Shown here one piece after another: positions 55,210 through 64,000 of a stretch of DNA of 64,000 nt (its first letter is position 1; each line of letters begins with the position of its first letter). The position numbers were made by a program, and so were the translations under genes. Origin of the DNA: Octopus vulgaris. Its lineage: Eukaryota. A model generated the notes under the pieces. The model had not been told where the DNA came from, made no database searches, and saw only the letters and a list, made by a program, of their open reading frames with translations. The stretch lies in assembly GCA_951406725.2 (NCBI GenBank), contig OX597820.1, positions 81,902,001 to 81,966,000 on the forward strand, read 5' to 3'.

Positions 55210-55965
55210 ACAGGTATTTATAGAGAGTAATACTTTGGGAAATTGGTAACGAAACCATACAATTCCGCCGCTAATTAACTTCATCGGACATTGCTACATG
55301 TCACTCGTTAAGTGTTTTGTTTATTCCTGTTCACAATATTAAAAGAAACCTCAGCGATGCTTACATATTTACAGAGTGAACAAGTTATTCGAAAGCTAAT
55401 CGTATTTCTGGAACGTGGGGCGTTCGGTACTACGGTGACCTCGATCTTCAACACCAATAATATACATAGGTACCACATGTTGGTAACGTGAGTCAGTAAA
55501 TATTAAATAATCATTTATAATAAGGGATTAACGAACTTAAAACGGTTAAAAGATTTACTGTAAACAACTATAAATACTCTAATATATCAACTTACCAAAA
55601 AAAAAAAAAACACAAGGTCGCTGGTCACGTGGTTCTTACGTAAAATATCCGGTACCCTACTAGAGCTGCATGATTACACTGTCATACGAAAATATCGGTG
55701 CAACAAATTGACTGAAACGCTCGAAATAGATTCGCCCGCCAAATATATCAGCGTGTACGGCTGTATAAGTTCGTGTGTGTGTGTATGTATGTAGCTTCAT
55801 ATATGTATGAGTATCTATCTGTTTGTTTATCAGGACCGAAGACCATATAGTATTCCCAACAATTACTTTTACCTTAATACATTATATACAGAGAATATAA
55901 AACAGTTAACAATGGAAACTGGTATATCAATTAATTATTTATCTATTCAAATATCTATTTTATGG

Positions 55966-57510
55966 ATTCCCTTTCAGAGCTTCCTCACAACAGAGAGACT
56001 TCCAAAACAGTTAAAGGAAGGTATTATATACCCTACCCATAAGGGAATTAGCAGAGCAGACGCTAAGAATTGTAGACCTGTCTCTCTAACTTCCCATGTC
56101 AGCAAAGTCATGGAGCGCATTGTCAGGAAGAAACTAATTGCGTTCCTTGAAGATAATGACTTGTTTCCTGACACCCAGCATGGCTTTCTGCCTTACACAG
56201 CTTTTAGAATACTATGACTGGGTTTTGAAACAATTAATTAATCGCTCAAATGTAGATGTGATATATCTTGACTTTGCAAAGGTCTTTGATAAGGTTGATC
56301 ATAGGATGGTATGTCACAAACTACAGAGACTTAGCATGACTGGGGAAATCAGAGAGTGGTTGCATGACTTCTTAAAAGACAGAAGCCAAGCTGTAGCAGA
56401 CAACGGAGCCCTCTCAACGGAGACATTAATAGAAAGTGGAGTGCCTTAGGGAACTGTATCGGGGCCACTACTGTTCACGGTGGCTATTTCAGACATGACA
56501 TCAGTTTCACAGATAGCCACACTTACTAGCTATGCCGACGACACAAAAGTAGTACAAGCAGTCAAGGAACCTTTTGATGCTAGTCTTCTACAGAAACACC
56601 TAGATGCTACATATAAATGGGCTGAGTACAATGACATGCAATTTAATGCAGACAAATTCCAAGCCCTTCGCTCCCAGCTAATTGGTGCTCAGAACTCACA
56701 ACAACGATACTTTGGACCAAAAGGAGCAGGAATCCAAGAATCATATACGGTGGATGATCTTGGGATTGATATGAACAACAATGCCACGTTTCACATGCAC
56801 ATCACCAAGATGGTGGCAGTGTGTAAGCGAATGGCCGGATGGATTCTGAGAACCTTCAGAACAAAGGACCAGGAAACTATGCTGGTCCTATGGAGGACAT
56901 TTGTCGTCAGCCGTCTGGACTACTGCTCTCAACTATGGTCACCCTACACTGTAGGATTAATAACAGAACTTGAGGCGGTTCAGAAATACTACTCGAGGAA
57001 GATTGCAGAGACTGGAAGAGACTGGGAGAGACTGAAAGAGCTACGACTCTACTCCTTGGAGCGAAGAGGGGGAGAGGTACGCAGTGATATATGTGTGGAA
57101 GATATACTGGAGGGGCTGTTACCAAACTTTGGAATTGAGACTTATACCAGACCTCGAATTGAACATCACTGCACCGTTCCAAAAGTCCTAAATGTCACAT
57201 GTAGGGCGAGGACCATGTGCTGCAATAGCTTGGGATTCAAGGACCAACAGCAATTTAGCTCCTTGCCAAAACATCTGAGGGACTTCCATGGAGTGGGATG
57301 TTTTCAAGAAACAACTTGACTACTTACTATCCAAGATCCCAGATGAGCCAATTTCAAGGGAGGAAACTTAAAACAGAGCAGCAATATCGAACTCCCTCCT
57401 TCACCAGAAGCCAACCCCATAGAACTGGCCAATAAAAAGGTGACTACAATGGCGGAGCCCCAGCATGGCTGTAACCTCAAGGCCAAAACATATAAACGAA
57501 TAAAAGAAGA
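55966..57510 (+). mobile_element. 5'-truncated CR1/L2-group LINE (decayed RT plus 3' UTR)
   Basis: NCRPVSLTSHVSKVME, QHGF, VIYLDFAKVFDKVDH, SGVP*GTVSGPLLF, YADDTK, SRLDYCSQLWSP and LYSLERR, with frameshifts and stops. Confidence 0.9.
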
Positions 57511-57784
57511 TGAATAAATAATTAATTAATATACCAGCTTCAATTGTTAACTTTGTTTTATACACACACACACATACACAAACTGTTTTTTTCCGGCCAT
57601 TTCATCATGTTGAACCGTTAATCCCAGATCATTTTGCTCTCCCCGTTTTTTCCCCCTCTTAATCATTTCTGTCAAAGAGCGTAGGCTTGAAACGTCAAAG
57701 ACTTTTCCATTCTTCCCGAGCGTTAACCAAATACATACACCCGCTTGTTCCTTTCTTCGACTTTTGTTTTCTGTAAATTTGAAC

Positions 57785-57822
<38 letters not shown>

Positions 57823-57825
57823 TGT

Positions 57826-58110
57826 GTGGAGGCACATGGCCTAGTGATTAGAGCAGCGGACTCGCGGTCGAGGGATCGCGGGTTCGAATCTCAGAGCTGG
57901 CGATGTGTGTGTTTATGAGCAAAACACCTAAGTCCCACGCGGCTCCGGCAGAAGGTAATGGTGAACTTCTGCTGACTCTTTAGCCACAACTTTCTCCCAC
58001 TCTTTCCTCCTGCATCATGTTGCACACCTGCGACGGACCGGCGTCCCGTCCTGATGGAAACCGGGAAACCGACCCTTATGAGCAAGGCATGGCTCCAGAA
58101 GGAACAAATA
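57826..58110 (+). mobile_element. SINE family B variant
   Basis: gtggaggcacatggcctagtg...ggttcgaatctc head, with a body similar to 54895-55209 and a different tail. Confidence 0.75.
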
Positions 58111-58380
58111 ATATATATATATGTATATACATGCACACACACATACACATATATTATATCATCAATATTTTGCTTAGGCATTGCGAGACTAATAACCTGG
58201 TGTAGAATTCCAAATACGTGAGTTTCAGATCAAATTGTTAGATGAGTGTACAGCGGTAATAAGAAAAATTAGATGAAGGAATAATCGATTATTTCATGAA
58301 CTTCATTAGCTTACACCTATTTCTGTTATAAGATGAGAGGAGTGATACTTGAGTGCCTTAGTAATCTTATACCTTCCAAG

Positions 58381-58423
<43 letters not shown>

Positions 58424-58477
58424 CGTATGTGATTGTTATGTGCATGAATGTATCATATATGCTAAGTATGTGTGCTA

Positions 58478-58842
58478 AGTAGTTTGCTTACCAACCACAT
58501 GGTTCCGGGTTCAGTCCCACTGCGTGGCACCTTGGGCTAGTGTCTTCTACTATAGCCTCGGGTCGACCAAAGCATTGAGAGTGGATTTGGTAGACGGAAA
58601 CTGAAAGAAGCCCGTCGTATATATGTATATATTTGTGTGTCTGTGTTTGTCCCCCCCCCCCCCAACCAACATCGCTTGACAACTGATGGAGGTGTGCTTA
58701 CGTCCCCGTCACTTCGCGATTCGGCAAGAGAGGCCGATAGAATAAGTACTAGGCTTCCAAAGAATAAGTCCTGGGGTCGATTTGCTCGAATAAAGGCGCT
58801 GCTCCAACATGGCCGCAGTCAAATGACAAACAAATAAAAGAA
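58478..58842 (+). mobile_element. SINE family A (5' ~20 nt missing)
   Basis: Collinear with 17770-18150. Confidence 0.85.
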
Positions 58843-58959
58843 TATATATATGTATGTCATAATGTATGTAATAAATGTGTAAGAGTATGTGTCTGTATCC
58901 ATACATGTATGTATATATATGTGTATGCATGATGTATGTAAATATTTATGTATGATGGT

Positions 58960-59300
58960 GCAGGCATGACTGCCAGTGGCAGTGTTAAGGTGTTTGTTTT
59001 GTAACCACTTGGTTTGGGGTTCAGTCCTATGGCAAGGCACCTTGGCAAGTGTCTTCTACTATAGTTCCGGACCTACCAATGCTTTGCAAGTGTCTTTAAT
59101 GTCTTTGTTTTTGTCCCGCGCCACCACTTGATAGCTGGTGTTGTTTTGCTTATGTCCCCGTAACATAGCGGTTCAGCAAGTTAGCGATAAAATAAGTATC
59201 AGGCGTAACAATTAGTACTGGGGTCCATTTGGTCATCAAAACCTTTCAACGCAGTGCTCTAGCATGACCGCAGTCCAATGAGTGAAGTAAGTAAAAGACA
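58960..59300 (+). mobile_element. SINE family A, older diverged copy
   Basis: The motifs ggttcagtcc, ggcaagtgtcttctactatag and agcatgaccgcagtccaatga occur in order. Confidence 0.7.
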
Positions 59301-59932
59301 GAACTTATGAAAGAGTATAAATGTAATGTGGTTTGTTTTTGTTTTTTTCATATGTCAGGCCAAAGCAGATGGCGCTTTCGACAACTAGACAAGCCGTCAT
59401 CGGTAGGTTTATCGTCTCCTCGGTATTGCCCTACGTCTACGAAAGACAAACATTTTACTGCCTACTGGGCCACTTCTTTTCAACTACAATCCCTTTGTCA
59501 AAATTTTGTCAGTTTTATAGTTTCATTCATTACAATGTATAACTAAAGGCGGTGCTCAAGCATGGCCGCAGTCAAGTGAGTGAAACAAATAAAAGAATAT
59601 ATGTATGTCGTAATGTATGTAATAAATGTGTAAGAGCATGTGTCTGTGTGCATACATGTATGTATATATATATGTGTGTGCGGGAGAGAGAGGGTATAGA
59701 GAGATAGAGAGAGGAGGGAAAGAGATCACTTTATGTAACCCAGTACAATGTTAGATGATCAAATAGTCATGATTAAACTGGTACTGTTACCATACAGCAA
59801 GGACGCCCGTTACAAACCCAACAGAAGAAAAGCAATAATTATCAGACGACAGGTGAACACATTGTAGGCACAATAAATATCTAGCATTTGGGCAGGGACT
59901 TAGAAATTCTGAGCTGCTCTCTGATGCATTGT

Positions 59933-60168
59933 AATACCTATTTCTTTACTACCCACAAGGGGTTAAACACAGAGAGGACAAACAAGGACAGACAAACGGA
60001 TTAAATCGATTATATCGACCCTAGTGCGTAACTGGTACTTATTTAATCGACCCCGAAAGGATGAAAGGCAAAGTCGACCTCGGCGGAATTTGAACTCAGA
60101 ACGTAGCGACAGACGAAATACTGCTAAGCATTTCGCCCGGCGTGCTAACGTTTCTAACAGCTCGCCGC
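59933..60168 (-). mobile_element. SINE family C
   Basis: tRNA-like head with B box gagttcaaattcc. Multiple copies occur in the window. Confidence 0.85.
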
Positions 60169-60631
60169 TTAACTTTTAACAATGAATGATTCTTTGGAAA
60201 AGGATTTGGATGAGAGTGATTCATAAGCTGCAAAAAGAAGCGGAAAATACTTCAGTATCGATATTGTAGATGTGAGAGCCAAACTAAAGCTAAGATGGTA
60301 GAACAAATCCCCAGCGAGTATTAAAGATGTTTGTAGGTTATTTAGAATGGGTACAACTGCACTTAGCTTGGTGTAATGACTGCATGGGATAATTTCGCAA
60401 TGACTGCATATGAAAGGAAAAGTGGGTTACAGTGCAGGCCAAAATAACCCAGGCAATCCTTGCTGGCATTAATGCTGATTGGCAATGCTTGTAGGAGTGG
60501 TGCTGTAGGAAGATGCTGAACTCATCGTGACCTCCAGCTCGATAGCGGATGAAGGGAATGTTCGGCAGTACAAGTAGTATACAATACAGATATGCGCGCG
60601 CAATCACACTCACAAACGCATACACATATAG

Positions 60632-60800
60632 ACGCAGGAGTGTCTGTATTGTAAGAAGATTGCTTCCCAACCGCATAGCGTTGGGCTCAGTCCTATTACA
60701 TGGTGTCTTGCGCGAATGTCATCTACTATAGCTTTTGGGCCGGCCAAAAACTTGTGAGAGTGGATTTGGGAGTCGGAAAATGGAAGACGCCAAACCTGTA
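60632..60800 (+). mobile_element. SINE family A head, diverged
   Basis: gcaggagtgtctgtattgtaagaag...gtggatttgg matches family A. Confidence 0.65.
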
Positions 60801-61354
60801 ATGTGTGCGTGTGTGTGTGTATGTGTGTGTGTATGTGTGTGTGTGTGTGTGTGCGTGTGCGTGTGTGTGTGTGCATGTGTGTGCGCGTGTGTGTGCGTGC
60901 GTGCGTGCATGTGTGTGTGTATGCGCGCGCGTATGTTTGGAAGTCAGCACGTGGCCGAGTATTATCCCTCCCCATACAAACGTTCAATCTAAGAAGTTCC
61001 TGTCCATGAATATTTTTTTAGTGTATAAAGCGTTGCACTGCACTGACCCCTATGCGCTATAAACCCAGAGGCACAACAGTTGAGACGACCAGAGACCGAC
61101 TGCTCTACAGATTTTTTATACGAGCCTCCCTTCTTCTAGAAGGAAATTCTAACGTGAACGGGGGGGGGCCTTCATTCCCAGTGGTTCACATACTAGTTAA
61201 CCCATAACTAGGACCCTGAGTATGATTTAAACTGCATTTGGTAGTGGGGCCCTGGTACGAGATACCTGGAGTTTTGAGAAGTGTAGAACCACTTCTTAGC
61301 TACTATAGTTCTCAGGTCTACCGTGATCAGGATATGTTAGGGACATACGGCCTG

Positions 61355-61650
61355 GCTCCCCGTCAGTTACGACGACGAGTGTTCCACTTGATCCGATAAA
61401 CGGAACAGCCTGCTCATGACATTAACGTGTAAGCGGTTGAGCACTCCGCAGGCACTCGTACCCTTAGCGTAGTTCTCAAGGAGATTCAGTATGACACAGA
61501 CTGTGACAAGTCTGGCCATTTGAATTACAGATACAGCCCATTCTTGACAGCAGACAGGACTGGATGAACGTGAATGCCTTGCTCAAGGACACAACGAACT
61601 CACAACCTTACAATCCTGAGCTGAATAACCTAACCACTAAGTCATGAGCC
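61355..61650 (-). mobile_element. SINE family D
   Basis: Collinear with 20605-20918. Confidence 0.75.
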
Positions 61651-63086
61651 GTCACAATAGAAAGCACAATCCTGGCGAAAACAGCTATAGGGAGTTAGTC
61701 TATATGCTGTGTTGACTGACTGGAAATTGGAAAGTGGATATGTATGGGGGATCATGGAAAGGTAGGCGGGTGAAAGAAAGGTGTGGAGGGTGCTAGGTAA
61801 CACTAAGTCACGTAGGTTACGGGCACCCTTAAATGAGGGGAGTGGATAATGGGGAAAGGAGGAAGATGGTAGATTTAGACTGAAGGAGGTGGAATGCGCG
61901 TAAGATCATAGGTTGGACAGTAGAGGGTGATAGGGAGAAATGGAAAGGCAAAGGTTTGCAGCTGGGAGCGGGAGAAGTAGGAGGTAAAGACAGAGGAGCA
62001 CTCGACTTGGTACACTCGGGTGAGGGCGATTGTCACTAGGGTGGGGATATTTCTGTCGAATAAAAGACGGGTCCATGTATTGGGAGCAAACCCACCTGAG
62101 AAAGAGAAGCAATTATAGGTGAGCACTAGTAAAGTGGAAGATGGTGCGATAGTTGAAGAAGTGTAGAAGGGCCAGAAGATGATAGAGCGGGATTTGTAGT
62201 TATATGTGTGCGCGTGTGTATGCATGTATGTATTTATGTATGTTTGTATGTATGTATGTATGTATGTATGTATGTATACATCCCTATCACTTTTTACAGT
62301 TATCTCTACAGATTTTCTACAGAAATGAGTCGAAAATTACGACATTTAGGATACGAATACGTCTATATAAAAATGAGATCGAATATAGATAGAAAAAATA
62401 GGTAATACTTATCTATGTATCATGCTTAATGTATATACGCCAATGATAGGCAAGTTATCCTAGATAAAGTTGCCTAAGGACATGCTGTATTGTATAACGG
62501 ATGGAAAGTGAAAATCGACCCGGTAGGTGTTTGTGAAATTACCGGATGCATTCCGGTCTCATTGGCCATGTTAATGACGGGTACTTTCAGCCAACCACGT
62601 CCAGGGCTTCCAATATAAGAAACAGCGAATAATACATTCATTGGTATTGCGAATAGCCGTCGAACTGAGTAATAATCCTGTGTACACAATTGAAAGAGTA
62701 TTAAATTATAATAGCCATCTATGTATCATATCTAACATATATACACTGTTCACAAGCATATTTAGGCGATCTTTGTATGAGACAAAATTTGTTATGGACA
62801 GCCTGGCGGCATTTGGTAGCAGCACCATTGGATGAATTATTTACAGTTTATATGTCAGAAGCAACAAATCTTGTGTAGGAATCTGACTGTGATTATGCGT
62901 CATTCACAAGGTCCAACAAGATCGAAATGCATCTGGCTCCCTCGCTAGCCACTGCCGAAGTGATTTTTCATCTCCTTTCGATGTATGTATGTATGTATGT
63001 ATGTATGTATGTATGTATGTATGCAATGTATGTATGTATGTATGTAATGTATGTATTATGTATGTATGTATGCAATGTATGTAATG

Positions 63087-63117
<31 letters not shown>

Positions 63118-63580
63118 TGTATGTATGTATGTATGTATGTATGTAATGTATGTATGTATGTATGTATGTATGTATTTCGCACTTTTTGGCTTATCAACAT
63201 CACGCTGTGGTTTTGTATATTTGTATATGGTCATAGATTGGCGATTTAGTTCGTCCCGGATTCGATTCAGGTACGTGAAGCCAAAAAACAAAAAAAAATG
63301 GTGAAATATTGGTAACCATCGCTGCAGAATGGGATTGGAGAGGAATTGTCTCGCCTGTCTATGAATTCAGATCTATTAGGGACTCGTCCCCAAAGTGCTA
63401 TACCAAATGAGAAAAACACACACACTGATTATGAGCGGTCAATAATATGTGTGTGTGTGTATATATATATATGTATATGGTATTTTATATAAGCTTAAAG
63501 CGGAGCACCGTGCAAATGACTAAGGAAAATAGTCTAATAATGGGGCATATAAGCCCTCGAAAGAAAAAAAAGTAGGATAT

Positions 63581-63655
63581 CCCGTACGCGTTGGACTCGA
63601 ACCCAAATCTCTTTGTTAACGTGATTAAGTGTGTTACCGATTATACCAGCGAACC
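63581..63655 (-). pseudogene. tRNA-like sequence (pseudogene or SINE head)
   Basis: The minus strand has A box TGGTATAATCGG and B box GGTTCGAGTCC at tRNA spacing, but the stems pair poorly. Confidence 0.5.
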
Positions 63656-64000
63656 AGCCTGCTCCTTGCTATCAAATTTAAGAACTATATTAGTTCGTAG
63701 TTGTCTTTGTAAACACACTTTATGTGCTTTTGGTGCGAATGATTTTTTTAAGCGGTGCCGAGTTTTACAATTCTGTAAATAATAATAAAAGTATTTTTAT
63801 ATAAGCTTCAAGCTTATAGCAATCATCGTGCTCGACATCGCTTAACAAAACCATTCGCAACGAAAGCACATAAAATTTGTTTAAAAAAAGACAAGAAAAC
63901 TATTAGAATGACCATTAAATAAGGGGAAAAAACCGCAGGGGAGAAAGTAAAAAAGTAAAGAAGTAAAAATGCTCATAGAAATTGCGCATGCGTGCATGTA

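Noticed and set aside
57826-57900. SINE heads as functional tRNA genes
   Set aside because: They continue into conserved SINE bodies and lack proper cloverleaf stems.

Overview
Very AT-rich eukaryotic (animal) genomic DNA dominated by (TA)n, (CA)n, (TATC)n and (TATG)n microsatellites and by retroelements. The repeat repertoire looks like a coleoid cephalopod (Octopus-type); this is inferred from recalled SINE sequences, not from a search. Almost all ORFs in the supplied track are microsatellite artefacts. Supported content: (1) A family of Penelope-like elements (PLEs) inserted in (TA)n. Three copies form fold-back palindromes (86-408, 25762-28061, 31651-38726), each arm carrying an intact minimal type I hammerhead ribozyme (HHR); the largest encloses a GIY-YIG endonuclease fragment. 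(2) A Neptune-like PLE RT/GIY-YIG remnant and several short HHR-bearing PLE-terminus elements. (3) A 2.2-kb ORF1-only LINE derivative inserted with a 15-bp TSD into the tRNA-derived head of a SINE. (4) An apparently full-length, decayed R4/Dong-like LINE in (TAA)n, interrupted at its YIDD motif by a non-autonomous Helitron. (5) CR1-like, Tc1, mariner and Tx1-like remnants and four tRNA-SINE families. (6) One probable host coding exon (23685-24217, minus strand) with an anaphylatoxin-like cysteine pattern. There is no CRISPR array, rRNA gene or convincing functional tRNA gene. All coordinates were read by eye and may be off by a few bases.
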